Positions 1 to 7,549 are shown, counted from the first letter of the stretch. The stretch: 15,857 nt of DNA from Promethearchaeia archaeon (GCA_029856105.1 JAHQWH010000212.1:1-15857), one strand, 5' to 3'. The notes: generated by a model not told the origin, from the sequence alone. Numbers and translations: made by a program.

Positions 1-350
1 TTTTTAAAATCCTTTAACCATTTTGACTTAATATTGTCAAAGGTGTTATGTCGTGTAAGATCAAAAACTAACAATGCACCAACACATCCTTGAAAGTACA
101 TAGACCTTATAACGTTATACTTTTCTTGACCTGCAAGATCCCACATTATTAATCGCACTTTGGCGTTAACATCGCCTATAGCAACATCCTTCCGAATTAT
201 ATTGGCTCCTAATGTAGGTTTGTAATCGTCTTCAAACGAGCTTTCTACAAATTGATTAATAAGTGAAGTTTTACCAACGGCGGAATCTCCTAGAATTGTG
301 ATTTTAAAAACATATTCCTTTGTTTCTGTGGATAATCCATCTGCTGGCAA
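1..350 (-). CDS. Rab-like (Ras superfamily) small GTPase, 5' part only (runs off the left edge)
   Basis: Missing from the ORF track; translated by hand: (M)PADGLSTETKEYVFKITILGDSAVGKTSLINQFVESSFEDDYKPTLGANIIRKDVAIGDVNAKVRLIMWDLAGQEKYNVIRSMYFQGCVGALLVFDLTRHNTFDNIKSKWLKDFK. G1 GDSAVGKTS, G2 PT, G3 WDLAGQE, Rab-family-like YFQGC and LVFDLT. Start TTG at 350 (alternative in-frame TTG at 359; stop immediately upstream). Confidence 0.95.
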   Translation of the reverse strand, partial: MPADGLSTETKEYVFKITILGDSAVGKTSLINQFVESSFEDDYKPTLGANIIRKDVAIGDVNAKVRLIMWDLAGQEKYNVIRSMYFQGCVGALLVFDLTRHNTFDNIKSKWLKDFK

Positions 351-440
351 TTTTACCAATTAATGATTTGTAATTTTTATTAAAGATATAAATACAACAA
401 AATTTATTTTGATTTTTGTTATATATAAGCTTTTGTTATT

Positions 441-1031
441 TTAGGATATAAATGTTTTCTCAATTTTTAATTTCAAAAAGAAAGAATTATGGTTTGGGTC
501 GCTAATGTTTTCTTTTATGGTTCCAAATGGAACCACGCAAAAACCCGAAGTTAAATTTTTTTCCAACGAATGAATTATAAAACCTTTGAATAAATCACAA
601 GAAACTCCAATTTCTGAACAAAATATACATTTATCAACTCGAACGACCACCAATTCAGGTGTGCTTTCCACAATTTTAACTTGCCAATTAGCAACAATCA
701 ATTGATTAATTTCGTTAATTATTTCTCCGAAATCTTTTCCAAAAGGAAACAAATAAAACGAGAACTTCCGTCCAATTTCGTACAATAATTTAGTAGAATC
801 GTACAACAAACAATTTTGAGCAGATATTATTTTTTTAAAAGAAAAAAAGTTAATTTCGCCATCGGGATCTACATCTCTTATATCTTTTAGTTCCAATAAT
901 TCGGCTTCTCTCAATATAGATTTCATCCCATCGTAATCTAAGTTATCTAAATAAGATTGCAATAACGCGGTTAGCACTCTATTTTTAACTAATCCTCGAT
1001 ATTCCCCTATTATTTCCGAATTATTTGCCAT
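441..1031 (-). CDS. V4R-domain protein (H-NOX/V4R/TRAPP-Bet3-related fold), divergent
   Basis: ATG start, 196 aa. Helical N-half with LYEIGRKF, then strand-strand-CIFC-x6-C-DLFKGFI, which resembles V4R proteins. The usual C-terminal E-x2-C-x7-C segment appears degenerate (ENISDPNHNSF). Confidence 0.6.
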   Translation of the reverse strand: MANNSEIIGEYRGLVKNRVLTALLQSYLDNLDYDGMKSILREAELLELKDIRDVDPDGEINFFSFKKIISAQNCLLYDSTKLLYEIGRKFSFYLFPFGKDFGEIINEINQLIVANWQVKIVESTPELVVVRVDKCIFCSEIGVSCDLFKGFIIHSLEKNLTSGFCVVPFGTIKENISDPNHNSFFLKLKIEKTFIS

Positions 1032-1302
1032 AGAGTCTGAATTAATAAATCATTTTTATACATGTTATAACTTTAGATATTAATGTTAAACTTAAAAAGT
1101 TAAATTATTTCCAAAAATCTACATGTTGCTTAGCTCTATATTTTTAGAATTTTTAAAACATTTAAGGTTTTTTTTTTAAAGTTAGTTTTATTTCCCCAAT
1201 ACGAACAATTTCTCTTTCAGCAAAATTCATGTTAGTTGTTTATTAAAACACTTTTGCTTTCTAAATTAGGATGTAATTTCATTAAAATATATAAATCCTT
1301 AA

Positions 1303-1375
1303 AAATTAGAAAAAAATTAAAAATTAGGAATAAAGCTATATAAAAATTAGAAAAAAATTATTCTTTAGCGGTTTC
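1303..1375. repeat. Direct repeat copy A (~73 bp), similar to 3337-3410 (tes 3' end plus downstream T-tracts)
   Basis: 1349-1375 agaaaaaaattattctttagcggtttc vs 3384-3410 agaaaaaaattattctttaacggtttc (26/27). 1303-1323 is identical to 3337-3357 (21/21), and taaaaatt is shared in between. Confidence 0.85.
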
Positions 1376-1408
1376 ATATAAAAAAAAAGAAAAGAAAAAT
1401 ACTTATTA
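1376..1408 (-). terminator. Putative oligo-T terminator of the acyl-CoA dehydrogenase gene
   Basis: Minus strand directly after the stop reads TAATAAGTATTTTTCTTTTCTTTTTTTTT, the U-tract pattern typical of archaeal terminators. Confidence 0.55.
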
Positions 1409-3148
1409 TTATTCATTCATTTCATAAGCGTCCTTTAATGAGTGAACTGTATTCCAAACTTTACCAAAACGCTCGGGATCGACATTAGGTTTCTTAATCA
1501 TCTTCAAACACCACTCCATCTGTTCAGGAGTAGTACTAGATTTATTATATAGATTTAATGCGTATTTGGAAAAGTCTCTCACTAGAAAATCAAATATTTG
1601 GTCTACAGTATCTTCACCAATATCATATATTTTAGCGTTTTCAACGATTAAATGGCTATATACAATAAGAGAAAAGATTTCGCCAATTCCTGAAAGCATG
1701 AAGTCCATATCTTTTTGTTGTTCGACACTAGGCATAGCCTTTACGCCCATAAGATTAAACATCTTAATTTGTTCCAAAAATATTTTGACATTGGGTAAAT
1801 CATATTGCTCAAACGCTGGTTTCCAATCATGAAAGCGAACCTTTCCCAATCCACGAGTTGGACCTTGATTAAAAAGGAATATATCGTCTTTAGCTTGATC
1901 TTGTCTTGGAATTTCCTCATATTTCTTATGATTCATAAAGAAGTTCATCATAAATTTCAAAATTAAGGCGATATTTACGTGAACGGTGCCTTCAAGTTTC
2001 GGTAAAGCACGAATATCCCTTGCAGCGCTTTCAAAAAACATGTCTTTTTCGAAACCTTTTGCCGCAATCACATCCCATAAAAGATTGATAACTTCCTCTC
2101 CTTGAGTAGTTGTTTTCATTTTCATAGCAGGAGCATAAAGTAGATATCGACGGTCTTTATTAGATGCTATTCTCATGTAATCAGCTGTTCTTAGTCCAAA
2201 TAATTTCATAGCGACTAAACGAGTATATGCATCAACAAAGTTTTGCTTAACATGCTGAAAATCAGTCACATACATATTATAGAGCCTTCGATTAGCTGCG
2301 TGATGAATTGCTTCATAAAATGCATGTGTACAAAGTCCTATTGAAGCCCATCCTAAATTATATTTCCCCACGTTAACCGTGTTAAGGGATGAGTTCCATG
2401 CCTCCTCTCCTTTGGAAAGGATATCTTCTTCGGTTATGGGATAATCGTGAAGTGCAAAATTTGCAACGTAATTTTGACTGTCGCAGATATTTTTTATTAA
2501 TTCATAGTTTTTGTGCTTATAATTTGCTATAAAGAAAACGTATTGTTCTTTATTTTTCATGTCATAGGGAGGGATATTGCCATCTTTATCAGCAAATTTA
2601 CCGAAGTTTGACACCATTGCTGCTTCGTTACCATTGCCAATATAATACTTTTCGCCATTAGCTTTATATGAACCATCTTCTTGAGGAGTTAATGCCATTT
2701 CCGTTCCGTAAATATCTGCTCCATGTGCTTTCTCAGATAGTCCGAACGCAAATATAGCGCCTTCCTCAATTAATTTCGCTGCTTTCTCCTTTGCTTTTTC
2801 GTTTTTACTCATCCAAATAGGTCCGAGTCCTAAAATTGAAACCTGCCAAGTATACCAATAACCTAATCCATAAAATGCAATAATTTCATTAAACTCACAT
2901 ATTCTCCACGTATCCCATCGATAATTCTCATCTTCTCCGTATTGAGACGGAGTTAATAGTTGGGCAAAAACCTTATTTTTTTTTTGAAATTCAAGGAAAT
3001 CAGAATACCATACTCGCTGGTGATCATCCTCCTTAATTTTCGCTTTCCCTTTGTTTTCGAAAAATTCTATGGTTTTAAGCATAATATCTTTTGACTTCGC
3101 GTCCGGATAATACCTTTTGTGTTGTTTCGGATTTAATAAAATATTCAT
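1409..3148 (-). CDS. Acyl-CoA dehydrogenase (long FadE-type subfamily)
   Basis: ACAD motifs FAFGLSEKAHGAD, ANGEKYYIGN, VNVGKYNLG, RRLYNMYVTDFQHV, LEGTVHVN (catalytic Glu position). ATG at 3148 preceded by AAGGTT is preferred over the track's GTG at 3163. Confidence 0.93.
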   Translation of the reverse strand: MNILLNPKQHKRYYPDAKSKDIMLKTIEFFENKGKAKIKEDDHQRVWYSDFLEFQKKNKVFAQLLTPSQYGEDENYRWDTWRICEFNEIIAFYGLGYWYTWQVSILGLGPIWMSKNEKAKEKAAKLIEEGAIFAFGLSEKAHGADIYGTEMALTPQEDGSYKANGEKYYIGNGNEAAMVSNFGKFADKDGNIPPYDMKNKEQYVFFIANYKHKNYELIKNICDSQNYVANFALHDYPITEEDILSKGEEAWNSSLNTVNVGKYNLGWASIGLCTHAFYEAIHHAANRRLYNMYVTDFQHVKQNFVDAYTRLVAMKLFGLRTADYMRIASNKDRRYLLYAPAMKMKTTTQGEEVINLLWDVIAAKGFEKDMFFESAARDIRALPKLEGTVHVNIALILKFMMNFFMNHKKYEEIPRQDQAKDDIFLFNQGPTRGLGKVRFHDWKPAFEQYDLPNVKIFLEQIKMFNLMGVKAMPSVEQQKDMDFMLSGIGEIFSLIVYSHLIVENAKIYDIGEDTVDQIFDFLVRDFSKYALNLYNKSSTTPEQMEWCLKMIKKPNVDPERFGKVWNTVHSLKDAYEMNE

Positions 3149-3336
3149 AATAACCTTTTTCACTTTATCTTATAGTTAAGAATTTAATTATGATTTAAAA
3201 TCACTATTCCAAAATTAACTTTCTTAATTATTATAAACAAAATATTTAGTTTAAAGCTAAAAGAAATACATATTTTAACCTTAAAATTTGAGTCAATCTT
3301 TTGTTGATCTTATATAGTAATTTATTAGTTCAGTTC

Positions 3337-3410
3337 AAATTAGAAAAAAATTAAAAAATGATATAAAAACATCTAAAAATTAAAGAAAAAAATTATTCTT
3401 TAACGGTTTC
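3337..3410. repeat. Direct repeat copy B: last codons of tes (ETVKE*) plus its T-tract terminator region
   Basis: See copy A. Includes the tes stop codon and the minus-strand TTTTTTT tracts. Confidence 0.85.
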
Positions 3411-5093
3411 TAACAATTCCTTTATTTCAGCTTGGATAACTTCTGGCTTTTTGGCAGCTTGATCTGAAATTACATTGCCCATTTCTATTCTTTCTCTATG
3501 TAGCGTATTCATTGCACAGAAGGGAATCTCTAATACTTTAGAATGGTCTTCAGGGTCAATCACACCATAGTGTACCAAGCATTTAGAAACTCTATCGAGG
3601 TCGAAGTTGTAAGCGTCTTGGAAATGCATGGCTGAGACCATTAGATTACGTGTGTGCAAGAAACTCGCTGCCGAGGCTAAATTCGGAGACACAATCAATC
3701 GTACAAAACCTTGATAAGTTTTGCTGGTTAAGAATTTCTCTGGTTGCTTCACAAACTTAACTGCGCCTGCAAAGAAATAAGCTTTCATCATCTGCCGATA
3801 TCCGAGATCGGTCATATCGTCAATGAATTTTCCAATAGTACTGGGAACAGCGCCAAGATCATTGAGGTTTATACCTTTTAATAATCCCGTAGGTTTTGGA
3901 ATTTCTTTTCCTTGGACCATGTCATAAACTTTATTTGACCATCTTACAAGCCCTTCCGAGTCAAAATAATGGTCGAGCGACTTCCATTGCTCTTTTTCGT
4001 CAATTATCATGATAGTTGCGAATCCACAATCTTTGTGGCTCGTCATACTAAACTCTTGCACGTTATCGAACCAAGCTAATAATCTAGTCATTTTTGCTGT
4101 AAAAGCTATTGGATAAAATCTTGGTATTGCATTATTTGTGTGTTTATTAATTGCTACCTTAAGATCTGAAGTTGTATATCTCAAATCCATTAATTCCTCA
4201 AAACTTATTCGACCACAGAGAGAGACTGGTTGGAATACTATTCCAGAAACCACATCGCTATTATCTCTTGCGAAGTCTAAAATGTTTCCTACTTCGTGAT
4301 CGTTAACGCCTTTAGCTACTACCGGAACTAGCATTACACCAAAGTACCCTATTTTTCTACAATTTTCGATTACTCTCTTTTTTAAAGGCCATAGGTTAAC
4401 TCCCCGTATCTTTTTCCAGACTTCTGGGTCGTCAGTTGCATCAAACTGTAAATAGATGGCGTCCATCCCGGCATCTTTACATTGTTGTAAGAAATCGATA
4501 GATTTTGCAAATCTGATGCCGTTAGTTGTGACCATAACTTCAACAAAACCAAGTTCTTTCCCTTTACGAATTATATCTGGAAGATCGTCTCGAATAGTGG
4601 GTTCTCCACCAGATATTTGTAACATAACTGCACCCACGGGTTTCATTGATCTGAAGTGTTCCATAATTAGAACAAGTTGATCAAATGTGGGCTCTACAAC
4701 GTATCCTTTCGCGCTTGCGTTTGCAAAACAAATCGGACACGTTAAATTACAACGATTAGTAATGTCAATAAGGCAAATGTTAGGAGCGCTCTGATGATTT
4801 TCGCAAAGTCCGCAATCGTATGGGCATCCATTCACAGTCTTTTTTATTCCTGAGCTTGTATATTCAGGTTTAGTAGAATTATTTATAGTAGACCCGATTT
4901 CGTCTGTAAAAGTCTCACCCCATTTGTATTCTTCTGGATCAATTGAGAGTTTATCTTTAAAGTCACCGTGTTCTGCACAATTTTTTCTCATCATGACCCA
5001 GTTAGTTTCGGGATCGACATAGATTTCCGCTGGAATTGTTTGTAAGCATTCTGGACATATGCTTGTAGTTCGTCTTATAATTTCTTCTGTCAT
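3393..5093 (-). CDS. tes: Radical SAM tetraether lipid synthase (Tes / GDGT-MAS, MJ0619 family)
   Basis: N-terminal rubredoxin-like SICPEC...KNCAEHG, auxiliary-cluster motif GCPYDCGLCENH, radical SAM CNLTCPIC, SGGEPT, HKDCG, and C-terminal MHFQDAYNFDLDRVSKCLVHY...IPFC, all characteristic of this family. ATG at 5093 is preferred over TTG 5102. Confidence 0.88.
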   Translation of the reverse strand: MTEEIIRRTTSICPECLQTIPAEIYVDPETNWVMMRKNCAEHGDFKDKLSIDPEEYKWGETFTDEIGSTINNSTKPEYTSSGIKKTVNGCPYDCGLCENHQSAPNICLIDITNRCNLTCPICFANASAKGYVVEPTFDQLVLIMEHFRSMKPVGAVMLQISGGEPTIRDDLPDIIRKGKELGFVEVMVTTNGIRFAKSIDFLQQCKDAGMDAIYLQFDATDDPEVWKKIRGVNLWPLKKRVIENCRKIGYFGVMLVPVVAKGVNDHEVGNILDFARDNSDVVSGIVFQPVSLCGRISFEELMDLRYTTSDLKVAINKHTNNAIPRFYPIAFTAKMTRLLAWFDNVQEFSMTSHKDCGFATIMIIDEKEQWKSLDHYFDSEGLVRWSNKVYDMVQGKEIPKPTGLLKGINLNDLGAVPSTIGKFIDDMTDLGYRQMMKAYFFAGAVKFVKQPEKFLTSKTYQGFVRLIVSPNLASAASFLHTRNLMVSAMHFQDAYNFDLDRVSKCLVHYGVIDPEDHSKVLEIPFCAMNTLHRERIEMGNVISDQAAKKPEVIQAEIKELLETVKE

Positions 5094-5371
5094 AAGTATC
5101 AATTTAAGTTATTTTTTTAATAAAATTATGATTAAATAATAATTTATTTGATTAGAAAAAACGTTATTGTATTTATTTGTTTTCGTACCTTTCGTATTAT
5201 TAATAGTATTATCGATATTATTTATTATTAAAAAAGAGTTAATAAATTATTAAAATCCAACAATTCTTTTAATTCAAGTCTTATCTTCGCCTAAAGTTAA
5301 GATACTTTAAGATAAATGTTTGTCTTAAAACCTCACAGAGCAAATTATAATCGGATAAAATCGATATAAAA

Positions 5372-5492
5372 GGGAGACTCCTGCCACCTCGACCTAATGA
5401 TAAGGTCAGAAATAAAATAGGGGGAGGAGGGCGAAATAAGTGTGTAAAACACACTACCAAAAGACAAAAATCCAGGGTGGGGCAGGAGTCAT
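5372..5492. ncRNA. Candidate structured small non-coding RNA / cis-regulatory RNA (family not recognised)
   Basis: 57/120 GC at 5371-5490 vs 8/60 at 5521-5580. Terminal stem 5376-5385 GACTCCTGCC pairs perfectly with 5481-5490 and extends ACC/GGT after a 2-nt bulge. Internal hairpins 5391-5407 (GACCT-N7-AGGTC) and 5439-5455 (AGTGTGT-AAA-ACACACT). Confidence 0.65.
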
Positions 5493-5821
5493 GGTTTTAT
5501 ACAAATTCCCTATTTTATTTAACTTTAATTTATATTACTTTGTTTATTAATTCTTATCTTCTATGATTTTTATATGTTTTAAACATATATATTTTTATCT
5601 TAAGTATTTAATATCGTTAGTGATATTTAAAAGAATTGTTGATATTTTGAAACTTTTGTCTAGTAATTATTAACAGTTTGATTAGTTTTACAACAATTAC
5701 AATGTTATTCTCATTGATTTGATTTATTAAAAAATTTTTAAATATGGTTTAATTATTACATACAAATACAAAAATAGATTGATTTTTTCTAAACATAAAA
5801 TAAAAAACAAAGAGATTCTTG

Positions 5822-6217
5822 ATGGAAGCAGAGAGCAACGAAATAAATAAATCGAGAGAAAAGGCGGAGCCTGACCTAAAGTTAGAGGTTTGGACGTTAA
5901 TATTTGTCGTTGTAGGTTTTATCGCATCGTGGTTTAATATGATCTTTATTTTGGAAGCTCCTCGAGCGATAGAAGTTCTAGCGTTTTTATCAATCATACT
6001 TACGACAATAATTCCTGGGGTGATTATAGCCATAATTAATAGATATTGGGGTTACGGTTATTTAATCGGGTTCGCGAGCGCGGGTATTCCATTTTTGATT
6101 TTCGTTGATCTCTTTATTGGTGGCTACTCATTTGCTACTACGATTTTTATTTTCATAATTTTATGGTTAATATTTTGGAAAACATGGCGCAGTTTAAGTT
6201 CAATTAAAACGGGATAA
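5822..6217 (+). CDS. Small integral membrane protein (~4 TM helices), unknown function
   Basis: Charged N-tail followed by four hydrophobic segments (VWTLIFVVVGFIASWFNMIFIL; VLAFLSIILTTIIPGVIIAII; WGYGYLIGFASAGIPFLIFVDLFI; FATTIFIFIILWLIFW) and a basic C-tail. ATG at 5822. Confidence 0.8.
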   Translation: MEAESNEINKSREKAEPDLKLEVWTLIFVVVGFIASWFNMIFILEAPRAIEVLAFLSIILTTIIPGVIIAIINRYWGYGYLIGFASAGIPFLIFVDLFIGGYSFATTIFIFIILWLIFWKTWRSLSSIKTG

Positions 6218-6298
6218 GGCCCCCGAGTTTATAAAGTAAAAAATTACACTAAAATTAATTATTTACATTAATTTTTTGTTGTTCATGTTTCAATAATT

Positions 6299-6772
6299 CT
6301 ATTCATTATGAATTGAAATATCTTCAATTTCAACGTTTACAACTTTATCAATTGCTAGAAAGCTTTCCTTTATTTCTTCATTAGTAACATTCCCTGTATT
6401 TAGTGAATCTCCAAGTAGATAGGTTTCATAGAAACACTTTTCAAGCTCATAGCATATTCCCGTGGTATGTAAGATGTCTCGACTTAAATTAAGCTCGCCT
6501 AACACTGTAGATATCCCTTTAACTAGATCTGGAGAAAATTCGATTAATTTAATTAAGATTTTCTTAATATTTTTCGTTTCAGTTGGGAAACAGCTAATTT
6601 TGATCGAATCTTCGCGAGAAATAAAAATTAAAAGATAATATGGGGTGTCAATAATTTCTGTTTTTACTTCTTCGGGAAAAATAGTAGAATTAAAATCATC
6701 TTTTGATATAATTAAACCAACAGAAATTTTGTTTTTCTGCTTTCCCTCGTTGTCATTTACAACCATTTTCAT
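6299..6772 (-). CDS. Hypothetical protein with C-terminal ACT-like domain and possible degenerate AbrB/SpoVT-like N-terminus
   Basis: C-half pattern strand(KKILIKL)-SPDLVKGISTVLGELNL helix-DILHTTGIC strand-CFYETYL strand-helix(EEIKESFLAI)-strand(VVNVEIEDI) fits the ACT beta-alpha-beta-beta-alpha-beta topology. The N-terminal assignment is weak. ATG at 6772 or 6766. Confidence 0.55.
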   Translation of the reverse strand: MKMVVNDNEGKQKNKISVGLIISKDDFNSTIFPEEVKTEIIDTPYYLLIFISREDSIKISCFPTETKNIKKILIKLIEFSPDLVKGISTVLGELNLSRDILHTTGICYELEKCFYETYLLGDSLNTGNVTNEEIKESFLAIDKVVNVEIEDISIHNE

Positions 6773-6876
6773 CAAAAATAAAATGTGATAAGAAGAGTAT
6801 GTCTAATAATAAATTATGTTTGTTTTTAATTTTTATTTTTTTTATCAATTATTTTCATAATGTGATGTTTGACTCG

Positions 6877-6930
6877 TATGATATTTTTAAAACAATAAGT
6901 TAATCGTTTAAAAGCTCGAAAAATATCATA
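6877..6930. promoter_or_regulatory. 12-bp perfect inverted repeat (30-nt spacer) between divergent genes
   Basis: TATGATATTTTT (6877-6888) / AAAAATATCATA (6919-6930). Confidence 0.45.
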
Positions 6931-7014
6931 ACACTGAGATAATATTTACGTTTTAAATCAAGATTGACTTTATGTTTTAATAGGAAAATTCTTGAGATCA
7001 TTAGTCTTATTAAA

Positions 7015-7518
7015 ATGTCGTACAACTGGAATAATAGAGGTATAGAAAAAACATATGGATTTAAATTAGAAAAACTTAATTCAAATGAAAATCGGTTTTA
7101 TGCTTTATATTTTTTAGACAATTTAACTGGTTCTTTACTATTAAGTAATAAATATACCAATAAGACAAGATTTTTATCTCATGGGGATTTAATTAGTGGT
7201 TTTTTAAACGCTTTAAACCAATTTATAGTTGAACTCAAACCCGATTCATTAGATGACGAAATTCAAGAAATCAACTTTAAAGAAACCCGAATATTGTACG
7301 AAAGGAAAGGTCGATTATCTGTTATTGCGATTACAAAGAAAACAAATTTGCAAGTAGAAAGAGTGATATTACATCAGATTATGGAGGATTTCTATAATAA
7401 ATTTGAATATAGTATAAATCATTTTAATGGAAATATTGATCCATCAATTTTAAGATATAAAAAAAGGTTAGAAAATATGAATTTTAATTCGTTATTTAAA
7501 TTTGATGTTCATTTATGA
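7015..7518 (+). CDS. Longin-like domain protein (Asgard eukaryotic-signature type)
   Basis: Longin-type order: two strands (ALYFLD-NLTGSLLL), helix DLISGFLNALNQFIVE, three strands (IQEINF, RILYER, LSVIAIT), helix VILHQIMEDFYNKF, then FNGN plus helix. ATG 7015 is preferred over TTG 6964. Confidence 0.7.
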   Translation: MSYNWNNRGIEKTYGFKLEKLNSNENRFYALYFLDNLTGSLLLSNKYTNKTRFLSHGDLISGFLNALNQFIVELKPDSLDDEIQEINFKETRILYERKGRLSVIAITKKTNLQVERVILHQIMEDFYNKFEYSINHFNGNIDPSILRYKKRLENMNFNSLFKFDVHL

Positions 7519-7549
7519 CTTCCATTAGTTCATTAGAAGATTTTAGTTT

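Noticed and set aside
1032-1302. Hidden gene or RNA in the AT-rich gap between V4R and the repeat copy
   Set aside because: No credible ORF, GC-rich stem or recognisable motif seen; consistent with promoter/terminator DNA.
1566-1832. Short antisense ORFs in the track (1566-1832, 4456-4680, 5749-6033, 10112-10312, 10433-10615, 10973-11245, 14518-14709, 15264-15491)
   Set aside because: All lie opposite well-supported genes and show no motifs.
3393-5093. Legacy annotation as 7,8-dihydro-6-hydroxymethylpterin dimethyltransferase or MoaA
   Set aside because: The MJ0619 family has been reassigned as tetraether synthase/GDGT-MAS, and the MoaA C-terminal CxxC-x13-C and terminal GG motifs are absent.
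5372-5520. Cobalamin riboswitch, tRNA or SECIS identity for the structured element
   Set aside because: AATAGGGAA occurs on the minus strand but the following GGTG-A-TCC and B12-box motifs are absent; no cloverleaf or TTCRA T-loop; no in-frame UGA selenoprotein nearby, and it is not in a 3' UTR.
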